Origin: a virus | Taxonomy: Duplodnaviria > Caudoviricetes | Reading direction: 5' to 3' (one strand) | IMG/VR virus record: IMGVR_UViG_2882828558_000007 | Location: 12,097 to 76,096 of that record | Length of the DNA stretch: 64,000 bases | In this document: positions 18,369 to 29,796 of the stretch, piece by piece | Numbering within the stretch: the first letter of the stretch is position 1 | Layout: each line of letters opens with the position of its first letter | The notes under the pieces: model-generated | Databases searched by the model: none | What the model saw: only the letters and a program-made list of their open reading frames with translations | What the model was told of the DNA's origin: nothing | Program-made: the position numbers and the translations under genes

Positions 18369-19448
18369 TCAGATGGTGAGATTGATGACAATGCGCTCGC
18401 GCACTGTTTCCAAGAACGTGAAGGAAATCGGCGACTCCCCCACGCGAACCTCGCCATCGGGAAAGTCGATCTGCTCTGGATCGAGCCATGTCTTGAAGGG
18501 CGCTACGCCCTGGGCAACGCCACCGAACACGACGGCTGCGAAGGCAACCTCGCCGGACGCCACGCCGAAAGCGATCGTCGCGTCATAAGCGAGAACGACC
18601 GTGTCTTCGGTGTCGCCGTAGTCGGTGATGTCCTGAACTGCGCGCACGACGCGGGCGTACCCGATAGGGTCGCCGTCGGCGTCATAGAGCCCGATATGGG
18701 CGCTCTTCTGCAGCATCAGCCAAGACTTCAGGACGCGCGCGTCAGAAACGCCGCCCCATGTCAGTCCGGGTGCTGCCCACGTAAGTGATCCGAGCCAGGT
18801 GACATCGTCGCCGTCAGCGAAATCAACGCCCAGTTCGGCTGCCACCCCGGCCTCGGCCGTGGCATCAAGTTCATGCGTCCGCCCGTGCGACCACTTTACT
18901 TTGCCGTCTGCAATGCGGACTCCGGAGCTGTCACCCCATATGGACCGCCCCCAGCGTGACCGCCCGTAGACATGGCCACGCACGTCGTATCCGAAGTAGC
19001 CGCGCCAGAAGAACGAGCGCGCCGGATCGGACAAGCCGGCAAGGTATTCGGCATTGGTCAGCCGCTGGATTTCATCGACGCCTGGTAGTTCGCCCATCTG
19101 GATCTGGTAGAGATGCCAGCGCCTGCGGCCGCGAACCTGATCCTGAATGTCGATGCCGTCATAGTCGATCCATGACAGTGACGTCGTGATCGCCTGCGGG
19201 GTTCCGCGGAGACGCTGCCACACCCTGCCCTCATCGATCAGGTCCTCGACCGTGTCGAAGAAGTCAGAAATCGGGCCGAGGCCGTATTCATTCACCAGCC
19301 ACGGCGCGACCGTGATGTTGAGCGGCCGGGCGTATTTCAGGCCATGGATCGCGTCGATCGAAGGACCGAGCTCGCTCGCGATGTCGGTTGCCTCTTCCAG
19401 AGCCAACTCAAAAGCGGTGCTGTTGGATGGCAGAAGAGAAACAACCAT
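18369..19448 (-). CDS. Baseplate/tail protein I (P2 gpI-like)
   Basis: SLLPSNST.FE.ALE, PWL..EYGL, W.RLRGT. Confidence 0.85.
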   Translation of the reverse strand: MVVSLLPSNSTAFELALEEATDIASELGPSIDAIHGLKYARPLNITVAPWLVNEYGLGPISDFFDTVEDLIDEGRVWQRLRGTPQAITTSLSWIDYDGIDIQDQVRGRRRWHLYQIQMGELPGVDEIQRLTNAEYLAGLSDPARSFFWRGYFGYDVRGHVYGRSRWGRSIWGDSSGVRIADGKVKWSHGRTHELDATAEAGVAAELGVDFADGDDVTWLGSLTWAAPGLTWGGVSDARVLKSWLMLQKSAHIGLYDADGDPIGYARVVRAVQDITDYGDTEDTVVLAYDATIAFGVASGEVAFAAVVFGGVAQGVAPFKTWLDPEQIDFPDGEVRVGESPISFTFLETVRERIVINLTI

Positions 19449-20323
19449 TACCGAAGCCTCCCCATGTAGGACAGGTTTACCGTCCCGAACGCCGCCGCGC
19501 TGAACTTGTCCATGACAACGTCCGCTACCGGGGCAGTCAGCGTCACCTTCGCCGCTCCCGCAGCCATGAGGCGCGAGATGATCCACGACGTGTTGACGTC
19601 GAAGCCGATACCGCCCTCACTGTCGAGTGCGTCACGGAGCGTCTGCTCGAGGCCATCGAAGACCGACATGGGTGCCTCCGGCAGAAGCCAGATGCTCGCC
19701 GTCACATTGACGATGGTCTTGACCGCCGGCACCACGGAAAGCACGTCATTGACGGAGCGCACGGCTGGCGCACTCAGGGCCGCCAACACAGAGTCCAGCA
19801 ACGGTGCGCCGGGCGTTCCGCCATTGCTCGTCGTCAGGATGGCGACTTCGATCTCAGGGCCCGTGCCAGGCCGATAGACCGCCACGTCTCGGACATCAAC
19901 GTCCACCGACCGCGCATGAAACTTGTACCACTCCTCCGGCCCGGCCGTTGACCTGCCTTGGTCGGCAAGCACGATGCGCTCGCGAAGCGCCTTATCGGAT
20001 TCGCCCGGAAGCCGGGTGACGCCGTGGTCCGCTGCAAGGTTGTCCAGGTCGGCGCCAGTGGCGTACGCAAGCAAGTTCGATCGGGACGCATCGTTGACGC
20101 GCGCCCGCTCCAGCATCTCGCGGTAGGCGTTCTCCTGAATGATGATCATTGCCGGGTCGGTTTCGAGCATTTCGACGTCGTAGTCCGGAAGGCCCGCGTC
20201 AGGATTGGCGAGGCGAACCGCCTCCCACAGATCCTGAAACGTCTGCTTCTGGCGGGCGACAATCGCCTCGTAATCCAGTTCCTCGATGACCTGCGGAGTA
20301 GGCAACGTCGATAGGTCGACCAT
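19448..20323 (-). CDS. Baseplate protein J (P2 gpJ-like)
   Basis: DLSTLPTP.VIEELDYE, LAYATGADLDNLAA, STAGP...Y.FHA. Confidence 0.9.
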   Translation of the reverse strand: MVDLSTLPTPQVIEELDYEAIVARQKQTFQDLWEAVRLANPDAGLPDYDVEMLETDPAMIIIQENAYREMLERARVNDASRSNLLAYATGADLDNLAADHGVTRLPGESDKALRERIVLADQGRSTAGPEEWYKFHARSVDVDVRDVAVYRPGTGPEIEVAILTTSNGGTPGAPLLDSVLAALSAPAVRSVNDVLSVVPAVKTIVNVTASIWLLPEAPMSVFDGLEQTLRDALDSEGGIGFDVNTSWIISRLMAAGAAKVTLTAPVADVVMDKFSAAAFGTVNLSYMGRLR

Positions 20324-20339
20324 GTCGCCCTCCATAGTG

Positions 20340-20714
20340 CTAAATCGTTAGTGCGACGCGCGCGACCTTATCCTCAGCGACGCTGTAGTCGCCCAAATGC
20401 CCGCGCGGGAAATAGGTGCCGGAGATCACAAGGCCGATCTTGCCGTCAGCGCTCACAGACCGCACGGCGCCCGTCCGCATTCGGAACCGAGGCTCCCATG
20501 CGTCGATTGCCGCAGCTGCGGCCGAATAGACGGCCAGGATGTTCTTCCGGATAGTCTTGCTGTCGACTAGGTCAGGCAGATCCGAACCGAAGGTACGGCG
20601 CATGACGCGCGAACCGATGGCCGTCTGGATGATCTTGCCGATCGACTGGTCGGTGTGCTCCCAGTCAGTGAGCGGCCTTCCGGTTACGGCGCTTATTCCT
20701 GCCGAGTCTCGCAT
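20340..20714 (-). CDS. Baseplate protein W (gp25/lysozyme-like)
   Basis: TG..L..W.H..QSI..I..T..GSRVMRR.FGS; WEPRF. Confidence 0.9.
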   Translation of the reverse strand: MRDSAGISAVTGRPLTDWEHTDQSIGKIIQTAIGSRVMRRTFGSDLPDLVDSKTIRKNILAVYSAAAAAIDAWEPRFRMRTGAVRSVSADGKIGLVISGTYFPRGHLGDYSVAEDKVARVALTI

Positions 20715-20874
20715 GTGGCTCTTCCTTGGTATCGGCCGGAACATACGACGCCACAACACTGCCTCGCGGCGGGGTCAGTTCGGCAGCCTGCTCATCGCTA
20801 AGCGAGAACGGCACGCCGGCCGTGCGCCAGCGACCTGCGACCTCACAGTCGCGCTTTGTCGTGTAGAGTTTCAT
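20665..20874 (-). CDS. Small baseplate-region hypothetical protein
   Basis: Coupled between gpV and gpW; GAGG RBS. Confidence 0.55.
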   Translation of the reverse strand: MKLYTTKRDCEVAGRWRTAGVPFSLSDEQAAELTPPRGSVVASYVPADTKEEPHARLGRNKRRNRKAAH

Positions 20875-20882
20875 GTGGCCTC

Positions 20883-21419
20883 CTAGACTGCGTAGACGCG
20901 GCTGGCCGAACCCACGGCAACGTCACCGTCGCTGTCGACGTCGCCCTTGCGGTGGAGCAGCTGACCGCCCTCGCCGCCAAGGTGAACTTCTCCATCCAAG
21001 ACGATCTTGGCCGCGGTGATTGTAACGGCCTCCCCGCTCGCCCCGATCACCGTGTCGCCAATCTTGATATGGAAGGGCACGTCGGCGTTCTCGCGAGCGT
21101 TCTCTTCGCTGTATGTCGAAAGGTCGATCGTCGCGTCCGCCAGGTCGCCGCTTTCTGAGTGAACGTCTACCTGCTCGTCTACCGACAGGATAACGTCGAT
21201 TTTGACGCCTCCAGCCCCGAGCGTTCTGGGCCGTATCCAGGGCGTCAGGTACGGCTTTCCGCCCTGCTCGCCTAGCTTTACGCGATACTTTCCCGCGTTC
21301 TCGCCAGTCCCGACCTCAGCAACCCTGCCGGTTCTCTTGCGGTTTCGTCCACGGCGCTCGGCATCAGCGAGGCGGCCATAGATATCCGCGATCTGATCGG
21401 GAAGGTTGTCCGGAATCAT
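20883..21419 (-). CDS. Baseplate spike/assembly protein V
   Basis: G.V.EV, YRVKLG, TPWI, P-like SVDEQV.V.S.SGD; H.KGD tip. Confidence 0.85.
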   Translation of the reverse strand: MIPDNLPDQIADIYGRLADAERRGRNRKRTGRVAEVGTGENAGKYRVKLGEQGGKPYLTPWIRPRTLGAGGVKIDVILSVDEQVDVHSESGDLADATIDLSTYSEENARENADVPFHIKIGDTVIGASGEAVTITAAKIVLDGEVHLGGEGGQLLHRKGDVDSDGDVAVGSASRVYAV

Positions 21420-21443
21420 GGTGCGCTTCCTGTACGGCTACCC

Positions 21444-22795
<1,352 letters not shown>

Positions 22796-22818
22796 TGTTA
22801 ACTCCTCATCTAGCGGCA

Positions 22819-22852
22819 ACAAAAAGCCCGCCAGAAGAACTAGCGGGCCTTG
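22819..22852 (-). terminator. Terminator-like hairpin between helicase and P-loop gene
   Basis: GCCCGC/GCGGGC stem with T-run on minus strand. Confidence 0.5.
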
Positions 22853-22874
22853 TCTTGGCGCCGGTGATTTTGGG

Positions 22875-24899
22875 TTAGGCCGCCTTGGTGCTGGCCGTGT
22901 TGTCGTTGGCCGAGGGCCATGCCTCTGGCGGGATGACGATGTCGGGGCGGTTGTCTCGGACCCATTCGAGGGCTTCGCGGATGGGGATAAGCTTTCCGTG
23001 GGTCGGGACACCCTGGCGACGCAACGTCTTCACGATTTTTATATTTCTACCGATCCGCCGAGCAAAACTGCTAGCGTTGTCCACCCCCAGCGTGCAGCGC
23101 TTCGCGCTATTGAATAAGATCAGTTGCTCAAAATCGACGTTACGAGACACCCACTCTCTGCCGGCAGCAACAGGAACGAGCAATCCATCGTGGGGCAGAC
23201 CGCGCTTTACCCATGACGAGGCTGTTGTCTCTGCGACATCAAATAAGCGAGCAAAAGAGGCAATAGTGACGGCAGAGTTGTTGTCCTTAAGTGGCAACGT
23301 ATCATGTCTCTCATAGGCGCTTACGTTGTCCTCTACCCACTTGATCGCGTCCGGCCACTTTACCAGATCCCCGACCGTGGGTAGGCCACGGGCTATCCAT
23401 GCCGAAACTTTACGCCGAGGTACGTTTAGGCGTTTTGCGGCAATGTCCAATCGAATGACCGAATTGTTTCGTGCATCATTTCTGCGCTGTCGATCCTTGA
23501 GGTGACCAAGATCAACGTTGGCCTCTACCCATGTGTTCGCATCGTCGATGGGAACCACGGCAGCGCGCAAAGGCATCCCCATCCCCACCCACTTCTGTAA
23601 GGTCGGATGAGACACTCCCCAACGCCTAGCAAATGCCTTCCGTGTCTCACACCCCTCCGGCACCTCGCCCCGGATCTCCCGTAAGGCGCCATCAAATTCG
23701 CCGATCTCCCTGCCCATGGGAAACTCAAACCCGCAAGCGCAGACAGGCTCTCGCTCGGCGCGGACCTCCTTGCACTCTGGGCACTTCCGTGGACCGCGCT
23801 CTAGCGCCTTACGCCGCTCCTTAGCCGCGCCACCGTCTAGGCTCCATGCCCAATTGTCAGCGAACCAGCCGTGTTCGTGGTAGAGACCCGCGTGGTCGAA
23901 TATCATTGCACAGTCTTTGCCCTCGGCGATTCGCAGCACGCGACCAATCATCTGAAGCAGCAGCCGAACAGACCGCGTCGGACGCATCAAGATGACGGCA
24001 TCAATAGCCGGGATGTCGAAGCCTTCCGTAAAGACCTCCACGTTGCTCAACACGCAGATCTCTCCAGAAGCCAAGTCGGCCACAGCGGCGTCGCGCTCGT
24101 CATCGGGCGTGTTCGCATCGACATGTGCCGCCGCAATGCCCTCCTCGCGAAACTTCTCCACCAGCGCCCTGCTCGCGTCTACAGATACAGCAAAGACCAG
24201 CGCCCGCTTGCCCGGAATGCTCTTCTTGTATTCCGACACAGCGTCACCGATCAGAACGGGCGTGTTCATGACCTTCTCGATATCGTCCTTGCGATAGTCG
24301 CCCGCCTGCATGCGTGCGGCAGACAGGTCCGGCTCGGAAGGCGCGAAATAGCGGAACCCTGAAAGCCACCCCTCGTCGACCAGTTCTTTAATGGAGGGAC
24401 CGACGATCATCTCGTCGAACAATTCCCTCAGCCCTGCCCCATCTTGCCGCTCCGGTGTAGCGGTCAGTCCAACATGCTTCGCAGCCTGCGTCTTGTCGCG
24501 GATGTCGCGCCATGAAGCGGCCGGAGTGTGATGGCATTCATCCCAGATGACTAGCGAGGGAGCAGGCAACTTTCCGATCCGCCGGCAAATTGAGCCGACA
24601 GACGCGATTTGCACGCGCTTCTCAGGCTGAAACTCGTACCTCTTGCCGGTTTCTGTATCTTTCGCTGGCGAAATAACCCCGAAATCAATGCCAGCCTCAC
24701 GAAATGCCTTGGCGGTCTGCCTGATAATTTCTTTGCGATGGCACAGAAACCACACGACGCCCTCGTGTCCGGCGACGATCTCCATGGCGGTTTTCGTCTT
24801 TCCGGCGCCAGTCGGCATTTGCAGAACCGCGCTGCCGCTCCGCTCAAGAGCAGCGAGCGTTTTCTCGACGGATTTCGCCTGATATTTTCTCAATGTCAT
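22875..24899 (-). CDS. SF2 (DEAH) helicase with Zn finger and four Nu1-like winged-HTH repeats
   Basis: LRKYQ, PTGAGKT, DECHH, GLTATP, EGFDIP, QMIGR; CPEC..CAC; GAGGAG RBS. Confidence 0.85.
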   Translation of the reverse strand: MTLRKYQAKSVEKTLAALERSGSAVLQMPTGAGKTKTAMEIVAGHEGVVWFLCHRKEIIRQTAKAFREAGIDFGVISPAKDTETGKRYEFQPEKRVQIASVGSICRRIGKLPAPSLVIWDECHHTPAASWRDIRDKTQAAKHVGLTATPERQDGAGLRELFDEMIVGPSIKELVDEGWLSGFRYFAPSEPDLSAARMQAGDYRKDDIEKVMNTPVLIGDAVSEYKKSIPGKRALVFAVSVDASRALVEKFREEGIAAAHVDANTPDDERDAAVADLASGEICVLSNVEVFTEGFDIPAIDAVILMRPTRSVRLLLQMIGRVLRIAEGKDCAMIFDHAGLYHEHGWFADNWAWSLDGGAAKERRKALERGPRKCPECKEVRAEREPVCACGFEFPMGREIGEFDGALREIRGEVPEGCETRKAFARRWGVSHPTLQKWVGMGMPLRAAVVPIDDANTWVEANVDLGHLKDRQRRNDARNNSVIRLDIAAKRLNVPRRKVSAWIARGLPTVGDLVKWPDAIKWVEDNVSAYERHDTLPLKDNNSAVTIASFARLFDVAETTASSWVKRGLPHDGLLVPVAAGREWVSRNVDFEQLILFNSAKRCTLGVDNASSFARRIGRNIKIVKTLRRQGVPTHGKLIPIREALEWVRDNRPDIVIPPEAWPSANDNTASTKAA

Positions 24900-24936
24900 T
24901 GTGTCTCCTCTGGCGCGGTAGTGGTTTGGTGTGCCA

Positions 24937-24965
24937 AAGGTAGTCAATATTTACAAATTTGTCAA
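24937..24965 (-). promoter_or_regulatory. Promoter with 16-bp operator-like dyad
   Basis: TTGACA-17-TACCTT; dyad at 24950-24965. Confidence 0.75.
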
Positions 24966-25345
24966 GCCTCATTCAGATTCAGGACCAGCCTTGTATGGCT
25001 CCGGTCGTCGACGTCAGCCACCTCAAACCAGGGCTCGCCCCATCGTGACAGGGCCTTCACCTTGTCGCCCTGCTTAGGTTGCGGCCCAGTGTAGGTCGTT
25101 CGATCGATATGCAACTGCGCCTTATCGGCAACGATCCGAGAGCGCCAACCAGAATCCCGGCTGCCCGCTACACTGGTCGTCTTCCCCTCGCCGACCCGCA
25201 GGACCGCCTCAATCTCGACCGCCGGCCGCGTCGGATCGACGACGCCACTCTTTAAGAACGACAAGCGTACCGGCTCCGCGAACTTATCGTCCACGGCAGC
25301 CAGCACTTTGTCGCGCAGTTCGTGAAAACGGGCAGAAACTGGCAT
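24962..25345 (-). CDS. Head-tail joining protein
   Basis: Follows the major capsid gene; AEPV, P..GD.V, F.V..VD pattern. Confidence 0.65.
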   Translation of the reverse strand: MPVSARFHELRDKVLAAVDDKFAEPVRLSFLKSGVVDPTRPAVEIEAVLRVGEGKTTSVAGSRDSGWRSRIVADKAQLHIDRTTYTGPQPKQGDKVKALSRWGEPWFEVADVDDRSHTRLVLNLNEA

Positions 25346-25369
25346 AATCAACTCCTGCCCGTCTTCTAG

Positions 25370-26407
25370 TTAGGTGTTCTTGGCGCGCAGCAGGGCGGCC
25401 GGACGCGTGCAAATATGCAGCGCGTTCGTCTGGGTCTCGCCGTAGACGCCCTTGTCCATCGGCAGCATTTCCTGCTTGGCGTAGTACTTCTTGCCGAGGG
25501 TGTTGACCGTCTCCATGTAGGGAGCCGGGGCAAAGTACGACTTGAACATGCCGCGGGCGCCCACCGGGAAGAACTTCGCCTTGGTCGCCTCAACGCCTAC
25601 GCTCGCACCATCGCCGGTGGCAGCCACTGCGCCGTAGTTTTCGAATACAATGCCGCCGAACGTAAAGATCGGGTTGTCAGCGCGGTTGCCGCCAACGTAG
25701 CTATCGCGCAGGATTGCGGCCTCAGACCATCCCTTGTAGGTCTCGCGAACTTCAGCGTGCGAGATCAGCTGGTCGAAGAAGGTGTCGCCGACGAACGCAT
25801 GGACGTAGCTGAACGGCGAACCGCCCATTGCCGTGCGAGTTGCCCGAACGATACCTGCGCAGGCCTTGCGCAGCGCGCCAGATGCCGGCGTCGCGTTGTC
25901 GAGGTCGAAGTCAACCTCAGCAGCCTGCGTCACACCGAACTCAGTGAAGAGGTTCAGGCTCGTCGCGTCAGCGTAAGTGACAACGCCCTGAACGGCGCCG
26001 AGGCGGCTGTATTCGTTGGTGACCTCGAGGTCGGACATGTTGTCCATGACTTTGTCGAGAACGACCGACATGACCGTCTCGAGTTCGGATTCGGAGCCGA
26101 ACTTGCGGACGTTCTGGATTTCATCGGCGATAACCGACCATTCGCGCAGGAAGTGCGGAACCGTGAGGTTCTTCATGCTGCGCTTCTGGTTATCCTTCAC
26201 GTCGCCCTTGCCGCCGCGGGGGGTCGGGGGGACGAGCTGAAGGGCGTCACCGATGCGCTCGATCGACACGGAGGTGGTCGAGACCGACTTCTCCTCGAAA
26301 AGGCCAAGAGCCTCAATTCGGCTGGGGCGGTATTCGATTTCGTTGATGGCGTCGGTGAGAGAGGTGACGCCGAACGCGTCATCCTTGAATACGTTGAGAA
26401 TCGTCAT
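25370..26407 (-). CDS. Major capsid protein (lambda gpE family)
   Basis: SLTDAIN, LGLFEE, T.EY.RLGA.QG, ETQTNAL.ICTRP. Confidence 0.9.
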   Translation of the reverse strand: MTILNVFKDDAFGVTSLTDAINEIEYRPSRIEALGLFEEKSVSTTSVSIERIGDALQLVPPTPRGGKGDVKDNQKRSMKNLTVPHFLREWSVIADEIQNVRKFGSESELETVMSVVLDKVMDNMSDLEVTNEYSRLGAVQGVVTYADATSLNLFTEFGVTQAAEVDFDLDNATPASGALRKACAGIVRATRTAMGGSPFSYVHAFVGDTFFDQLISHAEVRETYKGWSEAAILRDSYVGGNRADNPIFTFGGIVFENYGAVAATGDGASVGVEATKAKFFPVGARGMFKSYFAPAPYMETVNTLGKKYYAKQEMLPMDKGVYGETQTNALHICTRPAALLRAKNT

Positions 26408-26420
26408 AGGAAGCTCCTAA

Positions 26421-26448
26421 GAAAAAGGCCGCTCCCAAGCGGCCTATT
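26421..26448 (-). terminator. Terminator-like hairpin between decoration and capsid genes
   Basis: AGGCCGC/GCGGCCT stem with T-run on minus strand. Confidence 0.45.
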
Positions 26449-26472
26449 GTTGATTTTGGCTAGAAGCGTCCG

Positions 26473-26853
26473 TTAGCGGACGATGATGCCGACTGCGGCA
26501 AGCTGGGTATGCTTGGCGCCAATCTTCGTGGCGTCGTTGACCGAAGCGTCGTAGGAGAGAGCGTCGCCCTTAACCTGTGCGGCGCGAGAGACGACTGCGG
26601 CCTTGACGTCAGCTGACGTAGCGTCCACGGCGTTGACGAGAACGGCGATCGCCGTCTGCGCGCCAGCCGTCTCGGTTACGGATGCATTGGTCGACGGCCA
26701 GAACTTGCCGCTTGCTGTGATTTTTCCCAGCACAGTACCAGGCTTGAGGATGCCTGCGCCGGATGCAATCACGACATTGTCGCGTGCTCGGCCGGCCTCA
26801 GCTTCAGAGAGAATGAATTCGCCGTTGTGGCGGCCTTCAGTGAGAATAGTCAT
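26473..26853 (-). CDS. Head decoration protein (gpD-like)
   Basis: L.PGTVLGKITASGK, A.AVL; upstream of capsid. Confidence 0.85.
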   Translation of the reverse strand: MTILTEGRHNGEFILSEAEAGRARDNVVIASGAGILKPGTVLGKITASGKFWPSTNASVTETAGAQTAIAVLVNAVDATSADVKAAVVSRAAQVKGDALSYDASVNDATKIGAKHTQLAAVGIIVR

Positions 26854-26871
26854 ATCAGACCGTCCTTCCGG

Positions 26872-27939
26872 TTACTTCTTGGAGAGCTTGTTTGCGCGTG
26901 CGACGGCCTTGGCCCACACTGGCTGCGCGTCACCGCCCTGCTTGCCGCCGTTGAGCGTTGCGCCCGCGAGGCGATTGGCTTCGTAGGCTGCGACCGCGTC
27001 ATCAGCGCTTGCGGTGGCCACGGGCGCGACAGCCAGGAGTGCCTTTACCTTCTCTGCGTCGGCGCCATCAGCAAACAGTGCCTCAGCGAGCGCCTCACGA
27101 CCCTTGGCCTCATCGAGCGACATAATGGCGGCGCGGCGTTCGCGGTCTGCCTTCAGCGCGTCGGCAACAGCCTTGGCCTTTTCTGCGTCGAGCTCTGCGA
27201 GTTTGGCCTCAGCGGCGGCCTTCTCGGCCTTCGTTGTGGCAAGTTCGGCAGCAAGCGCGTCCGCACGTTCTTTCTCAGACATGTCAGAATCCTTGTGGTT
27301 AGCAGCGGACGACGCTGCGTCGTTAATCTTCGCCATCGACCAGCCCTTAGCCTTAGCCTGGGCTGCGAAACGCTTCGGAGCGTTTGCGTAGGCGCGGTAG
27401 TCATAGGCGGCAACCGGCTTGGCTTTCTGCTCGCCTGTGTCGTCAGCAAAGCCGGCAGCGACAGCTTCGTCGCCATCGTACCAGGTCTCCGCCTTCATGA
27501 TGTCGCGACATTCCGCGGCAGACTTTCCGCTACGGCGCGCGTAAAGCTTGGCATAGGCGGTAGCGTAGGCCTCGAGTTCCTCGATGGTCTTCGCATGATC
27601 CGCCGAATTGCCGTATGTGACGTTGAGCGGGTCATGGATCATCATCACAGCGCCGTCGGCTACCGTGATCCGGTCTCCTGCCATCGCGATGAGGCTGGCC
27701 GCGCTGGCAGCGATACCCTCCACGATGATGTGGACGCTGCCGTCATATGTCGCCAAAGCGGCGTGGATGGCCGCTCCGTCAGCTGCGATGCCGCCACCGC
27801 TATTAAGCCGAACAGTGATGTCACCATCCAGTCCAGCCAGAGCGGTCACGACCTCGGCATGGGTGAAGCCGTCGTCAAACCAATCGACGCCGACCGTGCC
27901 AGAAAGCGTGACTTCCTGACCTTTGACTTGAACAGTCAT
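26872..27939 (-). CDS. ClpP-like (S14) prohead protease with scaffold-like C-terminus
   Basis: RLNSGGG, GIAASAAS, MMIHDP, AETWY..DEAV..GFAD. Confidence 0.9.
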   Translation of the reverse strand: MTVQVKGQEVTLSGTVGVDWFDDGFTHAEVVTALAGLDGDITVRLNSGGGIAADGAAIHAALATYDGSVHIIVEGIAASAASLIAMAGDRITVADGAVMMIHDPLNVTYGNSADHAKTIEELEAYATAYAKLYARRSGKSAAECRDIMKAETWYDGDEAVAAGFADDTGEQKAKPVAAYDYRAYANAPKRFAAQAKAKGWSMAKINDAASSAANHKDSDMSEKERADALAAELATTKAEKAAAEAKLAELDAEKAKAVADALKADRERRAAIMSLDEAKGREALAEALFADGADAEKVKALLAVAPVATASADDAVAAYEANRLAGATLNGGKQGGDAQPVWAKAVARANKLSKK

Positions 27940-27956
27940 CTTGTTTTCCTTATCGG

Positions 27957-28175
27957 CTAATAGCGTCGGAACCCGCCGCGCACCGCAAAACGCTTGCGCT
28001 TCCCGGCGCAAAGCCCTTCATGGTAGGCGATGAGGCGCTTCAACTCGTTCTTGTCAGCTTGAAAGTAGCGGATCTCGTCCTCACCGAAGCGAGCCTGCTG
28101 AACTCCGTCGCCGGAAACGATAGCTGTGTAGAGCGCCCTGAGACGCTCCGCCTCTGCGCAATGGTCAATCGGCAT
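27957..28175 (-). CDS. Head-tail adaptor (lambda gpW-like)
   Basis: Between portal and protease; V...RFGEDEI.Y. Confidence 0.7.
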   Translation of the reverse strand: MPIDHCAEAERLRALYTAIVSGDGVQQARFGEDEIRYFQADKNELKRLIAYHEGLCAGKRKRFAVRGGFRRY

Positions 28176-29796
28176 TCACGTCCTCCGCACCTTGCGCTAT
28201 CCGCCCAGTTGACGGCATTGCCGCACCCAACGGGCCGCCACCGCCAACACTCCGCCCATAGGGGATCGGAATCCCCTTTTCGTTCATGTCGGTGATCTCT
28301 GCGGCTATTTTCTCTCGCGTCACGGCAGCGTCGCGACCCATAAGTGCCGCTTCGTCTTCCGTCGATGACAAGCCAAGCTCAATCCGCTTGGCCGAAGCCA
28401 TGGTCGCCTTGTAGTCATCCGCCACGGGCTGGGCTGGGCCAGGCCACTCGGCATTGCAGACAAGCTCACGGTTGGCCGCGAATGCCGCGTATCCACCCTT
28501 GAACGGTATCTGATCCATGCCGATCTTCTCGTCGAGCCAAGACTCGTAAATCGCCTGGCAGAACGGAGCAGCCACACGCTCACGACGACGCGTCACGATC
28601 GGCCATACCGACGACATCGCCATGCGCACCGACGAGTAGTTCGCGTTGGAATGATCCATCGCGAAAGCCTCAAAGGTGATGCCAAGCCGACGGGCCATCT
28701 CTCGCTGAAGGTTCTGCGAGAACGGTATGTATTGAGAGCCCGGCGTTGCCGCCGTATGCATGTGGAATTCTTCGCCCGGACCGAGGTGGTTGATCCGCCC
28801 GTGGTCCGACATTGAGATGCCGTTTTCCTTCAGCGCGTCGATTCGGTTGCCCCAGACATCCAAAAGGTCCGCAGCGAGATCCGGGTCGTCATCCTCAAGC
28901 GTCCTGATCGCCTCGAAAGCGGTCTCGGAAGGCTCCGGCGACTTGATCGTGGCGGCAAACGCCGTCTGCAGCAGGGCTGTTGTAAGGGTCGCGTCGGCCA
29001 ACTGGTCGTACTGCGCAGCAACTTTCAGGATCGGCGCAAGGACAGAGATGCCGCGAACGCTGTCGGGATTCTCCCCGCGGTCCATAACGTGGATCACCCG
29101 CCGCAGCGGGCCGTTCCACGCGGGCACGTCGAAGTCAAAATCCTGCCCGTTCTCGCGTCCGATCAACCTGAACTTGGTTGGCGACCCGCGTTCTGGGTCA
29201 AGAAAGATGCCCTGATCAAGACCGATGAATTCATTTGTCTCGCGTTTCAGGCGATGAGGCGCCACCAGCGACACTTTCGTGCCCGTTTTAATGCCATGCC
29301 GCCTGCGCATGGCTCTTGGCATGAAGTCAATTAGACCGATGGCCTCGCCGCTAGCGAGATAATACCTGATAACTCCATCAAGATGCTCGGCGAGCGTCGT
29401 CGTGCCGTTGAGGCTGTATTCCTGCGGTCGCCAGACGTGCAGATACCACTCATCCTCGACCAGCCTCGACCACGCTGTGATTTCAGCCGGCGTCCAGCCA
29501 AGTTTTGCCAACTTCGGCCTTGCCGACAGCTTAAGTTCATCACCAATCGTGTCGGTGATGATCTGGTCGACCGCACCAGCGATCCATCCGCTATTGTGGA
29601 TGAAATCCCAGGCTAGCGCTGAAGCACGCTCGGCCGACTCTCGAACGCTAACCGCGCCATCACGAGTGACGGCGCGGCGCATTGTCAGAATGCCGGAACT
29701 ATTGTCGCGCAGGTACTGCGCTCGGACGCGCTTAACCGCGGGAGCGGCCACCTTGACGCCGGGGGCTTTCACCCGGATCTTTGGCTTGTCGCTCAT
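28165..29796 (-). CDS. Portal protein, lambda family
   Basis: RG.S.LAP, L.PGE, NYSSVR, W.GP motifs. Confidence 0.9.
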   Translation of the reverse strand: MSDKPKIRVKAPGVKVAAPAVKRVRAQYLRDNSSGILTMRRAVTRDGAVSVRESAERASALAWDFIHNSGWIAGAVDQIITDTIGDELKLSARPKLAKLGWTPAEITAWSRLVEDEWYLHVWRPQEYSLNGTTTLAEHLDGVIRYYLASGEAIGLIDFMPRAMRRRHGIKTGTKVSLVAPHRLKRETNEFIGLDQGIFLDPERGSPTKFRLIGRENGQDFDFDVPAWNGPLRRVIHVMDRGENPDSVRGISVLAPILKVAAQYDQLADATLTTALLQTAFAATIKSPEPSETAFEAIRTLEDDDPDLAADLLDVWGNRIDALKENGISMSDHGRINHLGPGEEFHMHTAATPGSQYIPFSQNLQREMARRLGITFEAFAMDHSNANYSSVRMAMSSVWPIVTRRRERVAAPFCQAIYESWLDEKIGMDQIPFKGGYAAFAANRELVCNAEWPGPAQPVADDYKATMASAKRIELGLSSTEDEAALMGRDAAVTREKIAAEITDMNEKGIPIPYGRSVGGGGPLGAAMPSTGRIAQGAEDVNAD

